Source of the DNA: a virus
Lineage: Duplodnaviria; Caudoviricetes
DNA length: 64,000 bases
Direction: 5' to 3' (one strand)
IMG/VR virus record: IMGVR_UViG_3300029288_000145
Location: 1-64,000 of that record
In this document: positions 38,052 to 46,936 of the stretch, one piece after another
Position numbering within the stretch: the stretch's first letter is position 1
Layout of the letters: every line of letters starts with the position of its first letter
The notes under the pieces: generated by a model
Databases searched by the model: none
What the model saw: only the letters and a program-made list of their open reading frames with translations
What the model was told of the DNA's origin: nothing
Program-made: the position numbers and the translations under genes

Positions 38052-38804
38052 ATGGAAGATCAAAAGAAGTATGTAGGGTACATCCGTGTATCAACAAAAA
38101 AACAGGGTGACAGTGGTGCCGGACTTGAAAGCCAGGAGGCTATTATTAAGGCTAAGGCCGGGGATAACCTGGTGAAAATATTTCGAGAGATCGAATCCAC
38201 ACGCAAGAGCAACAAGCGGTTTGAATTTTACAAGGCACTCAATATGTGTGTTGAAAACGGCTATGTACTTTGCATAGCCAAGATTGACCGTGCTATACGT
38301 GATATGGACTTGCTTATGTCTCTGGAGAAGGCGGTATCTGCCGGCAACCTCGAATTTTTTATCTGCAACCGACCCTGGGCAGATAAATATACTATCAGAA
38401 ATGACGTGAATAATGCCGAGCAGGAACGCCAGTGGATTTCTGAACGTACCAAGGCCGGGCTTGCTGTGGTTAAACTCAGGGGAACTAAAACCGGAAAGCC
38501 ATATATGCCTCCGAGGGGATTTCGTGAGGACAGAGCACGTCTTGAACGGGCTATTATTGCCAGCAGGGAGGCTAAGACAATTAAGAGACTGTGCCATCCG
38601 GAAATGATCAAGAGCCGTGCATTTATGATGGAACTACATAACTCCGGAAAGAGTGGGTGGGCTATTGCCAATGAACTTAATAAGAATGGGTTTAAAACCT
38701 CCACCGGCGGCCAGTGGCGACAGGGTTCTGTCTATACCACACTACAATTACCCTTTGATGAGGGTATTGTAGAAAAATATAGGGACGTTTACCAATGGCT
38801 ATAA
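38052..38804 (+). CDS. Small serine recombinase (resolvase/invertase type) with C-terminal HTH
   Basis: YIRVSTKKQ..SG.GLESQ, AKIDR, ISERTKAGL, IANELNKNGFKT..GGQW; likely start 38052. Confidence 0.9.
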   Translation: MEDQKKYVGYIRVSTKKQGDSGAGLESQEAIIKAKAGDNLVKIFREIESTRKSNKRFEFYKALNMCVENGYVLCIAKIDRAIRDMDLLMSLEKAVSAGNLEFFICNRPWADKYTIRNDVNNAEQERQWISERTKAGLAVVKLRGTKTGKPYMPPRGFREDRARLERAIIASREAKTIKRLCHPEMIKSRAFMMELHNSGKSGWAIANELNKNGFKTSTGGQWRQGSVYTTLQLPFDEGIVEKYRDVYQWL

Positions 38805-39609
38805 TAGAAGGATACCTCGATATTAAGGAATACATTCCCGGCCAGATCATTAAGTCATGGTGCGGAGATGTCTATGAGGTTATCCGTGTGGTTAAGGCCA
38901 GTAAGGAAACAGTTGTGCAGAGAAATGGAAAGCTGTACAATATAACATGGGGACATAATAAATTCTTTTTGAATAATGATGACACTGATTCTAAATGACG
39001 AGGAAGATATTAAGAGGGCATTGAAGTCCTTAGATATGATGTCATGCCTCTGGGGAATAACTGAATATTTACGTGATGAAATTAAGTACCACGACAAGCC
39101 ATATGACCCGGTATTGGAGAAACTGGGTGAACTTATGGACGAGAATAATGTGTCTTTTGAAGAACTGTATCATTAAAAAAAATAATATGCATCAAATTGT
39201 AGAACAAACACGGGAAGAAAGGATAGCCTGGTATATGCAGCTACCCCAAAAAGAATTAGCAGAAATGCTTGTTAATAGTGAAGAAATTTTCGGTATAAAA
39301 CGGAACTCAGGAACCATCATTGCGGGAAGGTCAACATCCACATCTGTATCTCTTGATGGTAGTAATCCAACAGTTACATACAAACAATATCCAGCAACAG
39401 AAACATCAACTAAATTACACAATATTGTTTACAAAGAATCCCATATCCACCGATTAAAAGAAATAAAAGGTGTATCTCTAAAAGATTTTGCCAGCGGGCA
39501 TGGTTTATTTTGGATAATTAAGAATATTTTAATCGAACAAGATAACCGAATTAATGACCTGGAGTATAATTTAGCCGAATTGCGTGGAGAAGTTGAACCT
39601 GAAAATTAA
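38795..39609 (+). other. Three hypothetical CDS (38795..38998; 38976..39176; 39187..39609)
   Basis: Coupled ORFs ending convergent with the capsid operon. Confidence 0.55.
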
Positions 39610-39628
39610 AAACTAAATAATACGGATA

Positions 39629-40108
39629 TTAAGTATTATTACCGTAACTCTGTGCACGGCTCTGTGACCACTCGTTGTTGAGTGTCTTTAACCTACTCTG
39701 TATCATGCTTACCAGCCTGTCAATGTCTGATTTTAAACTCCTGTAGTAATTAAATGTATATTTATTCAACAGTTCGATGCGTTTATTGTCTTTAAGTTGC
39801 TGGCGAATATACATCTTTCGTTTAGCCTCAGTCATTTCCGTAAGTTCCAGGAACAATCTCGCCTCTTCATCTCCATTATCCTGCTTACACTGATCGGCAA
39901 TTAGTCCAAGGGAGGAAACTAAGGCTCCTAAGTTGATATTATTTATAGACAACCGCTCACCTATCTGCCCAAGTTCTCCCGGAGTTATGGTGTCAAAGTT
40001 GTCACGCACAAAATCAGCATCTTTCCGTATAGAAACGAGAAATGTATGCTTGGGATGTGAGTATATGCCGGTGATCTGATCAACGGCCATCTTATCTATT
40101 CCTTCCAT
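39629..40108 (-). CDS. Helical hypothetical protein, end of capsid operon
   Basis: 159 aa, coiled-coil character. Confidence 0.55.
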   Translation of the reverse strand: MEGIDKMAVDQITGIYSHPKHTFLVSIRKDADFVRDNFDTITPGELGQIGERLSINNINLGALVSSLGLIADQCKQDNGDEEARLFLELTEMTEAKRKMYIRQQLKDNKRIELLNKYTFNYYRSLKSDIDRLVSMIQSRLKTLNNEWSQSRAQSYGNNT

Positions 40109-40779
40109 TCGGCCATTATTCGGTTTCGCTGAACAAGGTACATTTTATCAATAGCATCGGTGCCGTGTATGGTGTCATTTAAATATAAAGAACTGTTTTT
40201 CCTCAACACCACACCATCACCAACGGCAACGTCAAAGTGATCTCCCTCCCAGGGTTCGTACTTGTATTCCTCAATCATACAGCCTTTATAGGCTACATTT
40301 CCCCAGATATAACTGTCCCTATTTTTTAACGTAATTGGGACATCCAGGGTAGTGTCAATTTTAACCTCTGTAGGCTTAATTAGAACCCATCCATTTAACG
40401 GATACACCTCTTTATTCCGGATGCGTACCTGTAAATCCCAGTACCAGATAATAATGTATGTGGAATCACCATCTATTATGTACGATGTAGCCTTGTTGAC
40501 GGCTGTATCGAGTCCAAGTGAAGTAAGTCCGGCCATGTAGTCGAAATATACCTGGTCACCCTCCTGTGCTTCCATAGGTACTTTCCAGGGCATAGTTTTG
40601 CTCTGGGCATCTCTGGTGTAAACCAGTTTACCTGATTTTATAAATACGCCTTTTACGGGTGCGTGTTGGCCGGGGTTGTATGATTTGTCAACATACAGGC
40701 CACTCTTTGTGGTGTCATTCATATTGTCAATGCGAACAAGTACTTTATTCGGCATTAACTTAATGCTATTTATATCCAT
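40096..40779 (-). CDS. Tandem double GroES-like co-chaperonin
   Basis: IKLMPNKVLVR...TTKSGLYV and VYPLNGWVLIKP...VAVGDGV; start reassigned to ATG 40779 right after the upstream stop. Confidence 0.75.
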   Translation of the reverse strand: MDINSIKLMPNKVLVRIDNMNDTTKSGLYVDKSYNPGQHAPVKGVFIKSGKLVYTRDAQSKTMPWKVPMEAQEGDQVYFDYMAGLTSLGLDTAVNKATSYIIDGDSTYIIIWYWDLQVRIRNKEVYPLNGWVLIKPTEVKIDTTLDVPITLKNRDSYIWGNVAYKGCMIEEYKYEPWEGDHFDVAVGDGVVLRKNSSLYLNDTIHGTDAIDKMYLVQRNRIMAEWKE

Positions 40780-40780
40780 A

Positions 40781-41065
40781 TCAGAATGGTAAGTCGTCTC
40801 CGCCGGCCTGGGGTGGTATAGGTTCTTCTTCTTCTTTTGGTTTTGGTTTGTACGTGTCCAGGACAACGCTGTGTGTGTATCCGTATTCAGATACCTTCTT
40901 CATAGGACTGACAATGATGTTGATGTACTCCTTGCCACGTTTATCCTTCCACTTGTATTCCTGTATGTCATTTTCACTGAGGTCTGTCAGGCATACTGAA
41001 ACGACAATGAATTTCCCGAAACGGCCTTCTTTTTCCTTGGCCGAACCACAATAAATTTTTTCCAT
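40781..41065 (-). CDS. Small OB-fold/SSB-like protein
   Basis: 94 aa beta-rich core with acidic tail ending GGDDLPF. Confidence 0.5.
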   Translation of the reverse strand: MEKIYCGSAKEKEGRFGKFIVVSVCLTDLSENDIQEYKWKDKRGKEYINIIVSPMKKVSEYGYTHSVVLDTYKPKPKEEEEPIPPQAGGDDLPF

Positions 41066-41067
41066 AG

Positions 41068-42018
41068 TTATTCTTCGATTACAATTTTGTTGGAATATTT
41101 TAATACTTTTTCCTTAATGATTTCCAGGTCAACACCACCGGTAAATTTCAGGTATAAAAACAGATCGTTTTCGGCATTGTCTTTAATGTCGCATATTTTG
41201 TCGCCGGCAACAATATCTGTTTTGTTGGCTCCCTTGTTGTGTGCCCAGTAGCGGTGGACTCCGGATGTGTGGTGTATGACAGCATTACATTCTATTGCCG
41301 TCATTACCAAGGCTCTTAACCGTACCTCATCATTTATCTTCATGGATTTTATGAAGTCGTCATAAGCCTTGTCTCCCTCGGTTGCCATTTTGTTAATAAT
41401 ATACGAGTGTAGTTCGATAGCCACCTGTGTCGGGTCTTTCTGGTCAATAAGTGGAAGGCCAAAGTATTTGGCGACAATTTTCATGTCCTCAAACGGTATG
41501 GCATTATCCCGGTCAAGCAGGTACTTGTATATTGTGTACTTGCGTTCCTCATTATTCAACCTCTGGCGGGCTTCAGCGGCCTCATCCCTGACAATGTAAT
41601 CCTTCCCGGCCTGGGGTGAGATAAATGATAACCAGAATATAATCTCAATCTTGTCGGCATGGAAAATATTACTCTTTGGCAGGATAGATATTTTCCTGGG
41701 CATATAGATTGGTTCCTTTGTCTGGGCATCAACTTTTTGTGATGTGTAATACACCCATGTATGGGGTATGCCATCCTCTTCTGTGCCGAAATTTTCAATG
41801 ATTGTAGCCTTGCATCTGATACCACGTTCTGATGGTTGGTTCATACGATTGTTGCGTACATCCTCAGATATTAGCCTGGGTGGGTAGGTGACGACAAATC
41901 CTCTTTCGGATTTCAGCCACTTGTCTTTTAGTTCTTCAAACTTGTCGTGTAGTACGACTTCGATGGGGTTTTTAGATTTCTTACTCGGTTTGATTAATAC
42001 GCCATCTCTCAATAACAT
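41068..42018 (-). CDS. Conserved capsid-operon protein
   Basis: 316 aa directly after the capsid gene, as in crAss-related head modules. Confidence 0.5.
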   Translation of the reverse strand: MLLRDGVLIKPSKKSKNPIEVVLHDKFEELKDKWLKSERGFVVTYPPRLISEDVRNNRMNQPSERGIRCKATIIENFGTEEDGIPHTWVYYTSQKVDAQTKEPIYMPRKISILPKSNIFHADKIEIIFWLSFISPQAGKDYIVRDEAAEARQRLNNEERKYTIYKYLLDRDNAIPFEDMKIVAKYFGLPLIDQKDPTQVAIELHSYIINKMATEGDKAYDDFIKSMKINDEVRLRALVMTAIECNAVIHHTSGVHRYWAHNKGANKTDIVAGDKICDIKDNAENDLFLYLKFTGGVDLEIIKEKVLKYSNKIVIEE

Positions 42019-42038
42019 AATTACTCCTTTTATTTAAA

Positions 42039-42068
42039 GAAAAGGGGAGTTGTTATACCCCCCTTTTC
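42039..42068 (-). terminator. Rho-independent terminator or attenuator after the capsid gene
   Basis: GAAAAGGGG...CCCCTTTTC stem followed by TTT on the minus strand. Confidence 0.65.
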
Positions 42069-42084
42069 GGGGTTTAATTTTCTC

Positions 42085-43515
42085 TTAGTATGCAGGATGA
42101 ATGATATACACCTGGTTGGCATGGAACATCTGGAAACCTTCTTCCGAACGTAACCATTCTGTTTTGCTGTCAACGTCAGTTGTATAACGGAATCCACCAC
42201 CGGCACCACCAAAGATACCTTTTTCGTTAAGACGGCTGTATCCATAATTTTCAGGATACCTGATGGCAATGTTCTTCAGAACTTCGCCCGTCTTGGCATC
42301 TTTTGAGTTTGCAATCGGTACGGCAAACATCCATTCGTCCATTTTGTAAGCACTTGGGAATGTCCTTGGGTCGCTGAGATCATCAAGGGTAGTGAACATC
42401 CACTTGATACCGGCATGATCGCATCCATTGAAGTTGAATGTTGCAACGAAAGCGTCAACAGCTTCGTGTCCTTCAAGCCTCTGGATTTGATTTTTCGTCC
42501 AGTCAACACCTGAGTAGGTTGTGTAGTTCTTCAGCACGGTATTAAGTTCATTGTGCCTCTTATAACCCATGAATACGGCTATAACGTCAGACGCAACCTT
42601 CTGGGATTTGTAGTAAACGCCCATGTCCTCGAAATCTGTCATGGCGAAGTCGCCAACGTCAATTTCGTTAGATGAGCCGAGTTCTGCACCCCAGGTGAGT
42701 AAACCCTTGGTTGTCTGAATAGGATTGCCAGAGCCGGGTGAACCACTCCACCTTGCAGCTTCAGTCGCAGATACAACTAAGCCGGTGTTTGTGTTGTCCT
42801 TACCAAGCATGTAAGCGTTTCCACGTTTCAGTGCAAATCTGTATTCGGTGTCGAAGTACATATCTGACCAGTAACCATTAATGGTACGGCCATCGGCAGC
42901 ATAGGAGGTAAACCACAGTTGGGGAATAAGTTCCTGCCCTTCAAAGCTCAATGCTTCTTTAAAGGTCTGGGTTTTAAATGTCCTTTCTACCGGGAATGTC
43001 AGGTGGCCTTCGGGAGAGCCGGTGCCCATACCAGCGGCAAATGACCAGATACCTATTTGCGTTCCTGATGTAACAGCAGGAATGGTATCGGTTGCCCTGA
43101 TAGGTTCAATAGTGATGGTATGTGCTGTTGAGTTCGTGGTTGTTTTATACATGATACGTCCCTGAACGAGATCAGCACCAGCGAAACCAACGATGTCACC
43201 GGGATTTGCGTAAGTTTTGCCGTCCTGGTGGTCGCCGGCAGCAATCGTCAATGTGACGGGGTTGCCCTGTCCGGGAGATGCCACGTTACCGGTTGTGGTA
43301 ATGTATGTGTGTACCCATCCCTTTTCAAAACCTGACCAGGTATTTGATTTTACAGGTAACACACGGTTCATCATCCTGAACCAGTTGTAAAAGTTATTAT
43401 ACTGAAGTCCGTGCTGTGCATAGACCTCCATAAGTTTTTGCGGTTGTTTGATGTAGTCGTGAGCGGACATTATCGTATAGTCGCCCGGTGATGCTACATA
43501 TGCTGGAATTGCCAT
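42085..43515 (-). CDS. Major capsid protein
   Basis: 476 aa after a scaffold-like gene and before a terminator; N-arm beta insertion (GDIV..TITIEP), TQTFKE..EGQE and C-terminal SEEGFQMF pattern. Confidence 0.75.
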   Translation of the reverse strand: MAIPAYVASPGDYTIMSAHDYIKQPQKLMEVYAQHGLQYNNFYNWFRMMNRVLPVKSNTWSGFEKGWVHTYITTTGNVASPGQGNPVTLTIAAGDHQDGKTYANPGDIVGFAGADLVQGRIMYKTTTNSTAHTITIEPIRATDTIPAVTSGTQIGIWSFAAGMGTGSPEGHLTFPVERTFKTQTFKEALSFEGQELIPQLWFTSYAADGRTINGYWSDMYFDTEYRFALKRGNAYMLGKDNTNTGLVVSATEAARWSGSPGSGNPIQTTKGLLTWGAELGSSNEIDVGDFAMTDFEDMGVYYKSQKVASDVIAVFMGYKRHNELNTVLKNYTTYSGVDWTKNQIQRLEGHEAVDAFVATFNFNGCDHAGIKWMFTTLDDLSDPRTFPSAYKMDEWMFAVPIANSKDAKTGEVLKNIAIRYPENYGYSRLNEKGIFGGAGGGFRYTTDVDSKTEWLRSEEGFQMFHANQVYIIHPAY

Positions 43516-43549
43516 TTTGTTTTTGTATTAAAAGTTTTTAAAAAGTTGT

Positions 43550-44704
43550 TTATTGTGCTGCTCTTCCCGTTGAAATGTAATGGTTTAACCTTGCTTCTTC
43601 TTTTTCAGCAGGGGTAAGTTCTTTTTCGCCCTCGTCCTTTTTAACAGCACTCGGAGGGGCACTAGGATTGTAATATTTTTTCGTTGTCTCCTCAACGGTA
43701 TCCTTGTAAACCTTTTCTAAGGCTGTGGCAATGATAGTGTTGAAGTTACGTGTAATGTAAAGATTTTTTGCGAAGTTGTTTAACAACTGAATATTGTCTT
43801 TTGTGGGTTTTAGCTCGTTCTGAACGGCATAGTTGGCCACGAGTGACAGTATCTCCTTGTTTTCCTTTTCCTCTATCGGTATGTCATAACTCACTTCCAG
43901 GTCGTTCTGCTCGTCAATCTGGAACTTTGTTGAACCGGCAAAGGTTTTAAAGGCGGATTCTACCTCAGTTTTAAACGGGGCTGACCAATCTTTCTTTAGG
44001 TTGTCAATATCAGTTTCACGCTGCTTGCTGACATCCTCAATCTTGGGTTTTTCAATCCCTTCAAATCTTTTCATTAACTTCTTATACTCTGTCTTGGCAT
44101 CCAACTCGAATTGCAGGGAGTCACGCTTGTACTCCTTGCTGTCGGTGTCAGGCTCATCATCGAACAAAAAGGGATACTTTACTTTAATGTATTCCTCTGC
44201 CTTGTCCTTAAATTCAGGATTCTCTAACGTAAGTCCGAGTTTCATGATTGCAAGCGAGTCTGGTTCTCCTAGTGCGAGTTTCTTGTATAAATCGTACTGA
44301 TCGGGGGTCTCTTTCTTAATGACCGCCAGTTTGTAGAGAACCTCATCCTCAAAAGGATTGAAGGCTTTTGCTTTTTCCAATTCAGAGGTGAGGCTTTCCC
44401 TGGCCTGTCGCAAGCCATTGTACTCTTTCTCTAAATCTTCTAATGATTTTATATTATCGCCAAATCTGGAATAATCAACTTGTTCCGGGACGGCAGGTGT
44501 CTCCGGTGGTTTAGGTGGTTCTGCATCCGTTATAGGATTTTTTACCTCCGGTTCTGTCGTAGGAGGGGGTGGGGGTGGTTCGGGCTTCTGCCCTGGTTCA
44601 TAAAATTCAGTACCTTCAGGATAACCCATTTTGAATAGGTCTTGCTTTCCAAGAAATTCCTCTGGAATTTCCACACTCATTTTTTCTGTATTTGTTTCTG
44701 CCAT
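43550..44704 (-). CDS. Capsid scaffolding-type protein
   Basis: Acidic, Pro-rich N-terminus (PEPPPPPPT), coiled coils; immediately upstream of the capsid gene. Confidence 0.6.
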   Translation of the reverse strand: MAETNTEKMSVEIPEEFLGKQDLFKMGYPEGTEFYEPGQKPEPPPPPPTTEPEVKNPITDAEPPKPPETPAVPEQVDYSRFGDNIKSLEDLEKEYNGLRQARESLTSELEKAKAFNPFEDEVLYKLAVIKKETPDQYDLYKKLALGEPDSLAIMKLGLTLENPEFKDKAEEYIKVKYPFLFDDEPDTDSKEYKRDSLQFELDAKTEYKKLMKRFEGIEKPKIEDVSKQRETDIDNLKKDWSAPFKTEVESAFKTFAGSTKFQIDEQNDLEVSYDIPIEEKENKEILSLVANYAVQNELKPTKDNIQLLNNFAKNLYITRNFNTIIATALEKVYKDTVEETTKKYYNPSAPPSAVKKDEGEKELTPAEKEEARLNHYISTGRAAQ

Positions 44705-44747
44705 TTAACATTATTTCCGTGCTTTGCACACGTTTTAATTTCTTTTA

Positions 44748-44779
44748 CAAATTTAATTTATATAAAATAAAATACCAAA
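44748..44779 (-). promoter_or_regulatory. Capsid operon promoter
   Basis: TTTG-N20-TAAATTTG. Confidence 0.7.
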
Positions 44780-44787
44780 CTGACCCT

Positions 44788-44833
44788 TTTTGAAAATAAA
44801 TTTGGATTTATGGAGGTGTATTTTGTATCTTTG
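44788..44833 (+). promoter_or_regulatory. Promoter, extended class
   Basis: TTTTGAAAATAAATTTGG, N21 spacer, TATCTTTG. Confidence 0.7.
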
Positions 44834-44855
44834 CTTGTTATTAAGACTAAATATT

Positions 44856-45058
44856 ATGAGTGGACTATGGCTTTTTATTTCGGGAGTAGTGATTGGTGCT
44901 TTACTGTGTTTAATTTGCATGGCTGTTTTTTTTCCGGACATTGAAGAATAAAAATAAATATTATGGGTGTTTACAGATGGTGCGAAACCGGCGATTGGTT
45001 GCTATGTGGAAAAGTGAAACAAGGAATAGACGGTGAATTTATTGAGTGGTTCACTTAA
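44856..45058 (+). other. Two 31-aa micro-ORFs (44856..44951 single TM; about 44963..45058)
   Basis: Translated by hand: MSGLWLFISGVVIGALLCLICMAVFFPDIEE and MGVYRWCETGDW...EWFT. Confidence 0.45.
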
Positions 45059-45062
45059 TGGT

Positions 45063-45153
45063 ACATAACGGTTGAGGCTAAAAGCAGTTGCCTTGAATAC
45101 TGCTTGAAATTACGCACAGACTATCTAGCAATTGCTTTTAGCCTGTGTTATAA
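45063..45153 (-). repeat. attC-like hairpin 4 (91 bp)
   Basis: Plus strand ACATAAC-ggttg-AGGCTAAAAGCAGTTGC ... GCAATTGCTTTTAGCCT-gt-GTTATAA. Confidence 0.7.
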
Positions 45154-45490
45154 ACTGTAAAAATTATGGGCGAATATGCAGATATGGCAATAGAAAGTGG
45201 TTTGTCAAATTATATTGACTTTAAAACCCATAGCGGAATTTATGAGAATGATGATTATTTAGACGAGTGGGAGGGTGAAGACATACCATTCATTCGTGCT
45301 GAAAAGTGGGATAGTTTTGGATTCCTTGAAATAAAAAGAGAAACAAAAAAGGCTTGGTTACTCATAATGAATGGTAAGGCTGAGCGTTGGTTTCCAAAAA
45401 AGCATTGTAAGATTAAAGGCAATATAATTTTACTTCCAATATGGCTACGCAATAAAATGGCAGGATGGGAATAATTTTTATTGTTTATAA
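45069..45490 (-). mobile_element. Integron-like gene cassette 4 (422 bp), cargo ORF 45166..45474
   Basis: GTTATAAACTGTAAAAATT (45147) versus AATTTTTATTGTTTATAAC (45473-45491): complementary 17/19. Confidence 0.7.
45166..45474 (+). CDS. Hypothetical protein (cassette 4 cargo)
   Basis: 102 aa, MGEYADMAIE...ETKKAWLL...WFPKKHC..LPIWL. Confidence 0.65.
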   Translation: MGEYADMAIESGLSNYIDFKTHSGIYENDDYLDEWEGEDIPFIRAEKWDSFGFLEIKRETKKAWLLIMNGKAERWFPKKHCKIKGNIILLPIWLRNKMAGWE

Positions 45491-45566
45491 CTAGCTGGTA
45501 TGTTCACATTCTAAATAGTCTCTACTGATAATCAACAACATCCCACTATTTAGTCTAATTAAAAAT
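45485..45566 (-). repeat. attI-like recombination site, copy 4
   Basis: Minus strand ATTTTTAATTAGACTAAATA..ATTTAGAATGTGAACATACCAGCTAG|TT. Confidence 0.75.
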
Positions 45567-45637
45567 AACGTATTATTTGAACAGAGAGGGGATGCCAACT
45601 TAATGACACCCCCTCGCCAGATTAAGTTATTTACAGC

Positions 45638-46222
45638 TTAATCGAGCTTGATGAACTGGGAATAATGTATTGTTGAGTTTGGATTGCTAAATTTTGCATC
45701 TAATTTATATGACCAGGGCTTCCATAATTTTGGCAGGAACCACTTGGCATCTTTAAACCGTGATATTGCAGAGATCATTGTGTCAGTGTAATTACATTTT
45801 AATAGGTTATTGCTATACAGGCAGGTATAATACCCATCGGTAAAATATTTTATATCCGGGGTGGGTGTTTCTTTTCGCATAGTATCCATCTGGGCAATCA
45901 TTATTCCCATAGTTGAATACTGCATTTCCATAACATATTCGGTGCTTCTTAATTTTATGCCAAGTAGTTCCAGTTCTTGCTTATATTTGTTTACTGTGCT
46001 GTTTAGCCTTTCAACTTCTTTTTTATCTACAATTACCTGAACCTTTTCGACAACAACCTGGTTTTTTTCATTACGGAAGGTGTCGATGCGTGTTATTAAA
46101 GACTTATTGCTGGTTTTTAATTGTGATATGGTGTTGTTTTTATCCTTTAATCTGATGACTAAAAAGACAATAGACAGTAGTAGAATAAGTGCTACCGCTG
46201 CCAGGATTATTTTTATCCTCAT
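45638..46222 (-). CDS. Spanin-like protein (N-terminal TM plus coiled coil)
   Basis: MRIKIILAAVALILLLSIVFLVI then coiled coil; follows two small TM genes. Confidence 0.55.
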   Translation of the reverse strand: MRIKIILAAVALILLLSIVFLVIRLKDKNNTISQLKTSNKSLITRIDTFRNEKNQVVVEKVQVIVDKKEVERLNSTVNKYKQELELLGIKLRSTEYVMEMQYSTMGIMIAQMDTMRKETPTPDIKYFTDGYYTCLYSNNLLKCNYTDTMISAISRFKDAKWFLPKLWKPWSYKLDAKFSNPNSTIHYSQFIKLD

Positions 46223-46467
46223 TATGTTTTGTTTTTATCTTTCCTTAGTTTCCGGCAACCGATATATACTGTCCATATACCGGCCACGATTGCAACGGAA
46301 AATGATGTCCATTGCAAAATGGTTGTTATGAAATGTTCGATAGGAAATGGGATTATTTCAACGGTTTCTTTCACCTGCCCAAATATCATTCCGGTAAAAA
46401 CACCACTGACCGTTAGGATAAGTGAGTTTATCTGGTCACTTAGCCATGTAATTAAGCGTGTAATCAT
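46222..46467 (-). CDS. Small two-TM protein (holin/antiholin candidate)
   Basis: 81 aa, two hydrophobic segments, basic C-terminus. Confidence 0.5.
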   Translation of the reverse strand: MITRLITWLSDQINSLILTVSGVFTGMIFGQVKETVEIIPFPIEHFITTILQWTSFSVAIVAGIWTVYIGCRKLRKDKNKT

Positions 46468-46529
46468 ATTATATTGGGATTTTTATATTGGTGTTTGTTT
46501 ATTTGGCACTTAATTAGGTTGTAATCACA

Positions 46530-46880
46530 CTACGATGGGATTTTCATTTTGGTTTTTATGATCTCCGCCAGGCGGTCAAATGAAAGGCCGACAATTAAGG
46601 CGTATGCGTAACTCCATTCCATGCCGATTATTTCCTTAGGGAATCGTATTGTCACGAATAATACAGCTATGGTAGCCAGGAAAGCTATCATCTTTGGCTT
46701 GTTGTTGTCCCACCAGTAGCATAAAGAAAATTGGTGTGGCGTTTCTGGGTTATGTTTTACAGCAGCTTTGGTCTGGAAATACCACTTAATGAATATACCC
46801 AGGGATGCGAATATAAAACTCGTAATTAATTCTACTGGGGTTAACGTTCCAAAGAGTGCTGATACGATTTCTCTTATCAT
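46530..46880 (-). CDS. Holin-like three-TM protein
   Basis: 116 aa with three hydrophobic segments. Confidence 0.5.
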   Translation of the reverse strand: MIREIVSALFGTLTPVELITSFIFASLGIFIKWYFQTKAAVKHNPETPHQFSLCYWWDNNKPKMIAFLATIAVLFVTIRFPKEIIGMEWSYAYALIVGLSFDRLAEIIKTKMKIPS

Positions 46881-46896
46881 TGTTTTTCTTTTTACG

Positions 46897-46927
46897 CAAA
46901 ATTAATGAATTATAAGACGGTTTCAAA
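46897..46927 (-). promoter_or_regulatory. Promoter of the membrane/lysis genes, structural-gene class
   Basis: TTTG-N19-TAATTTTG. Confidence 0.7.
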
Positions 46928-46936
46928 ACTGACACC

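Noticed and set aside
44844-44853. AGACTAAATA, identical to part of the attI-like site, just after a promoter
   Set aside because: An isolated AT-rich 10-mer is expected about once by chance in this window, and the rest of the site is absent.
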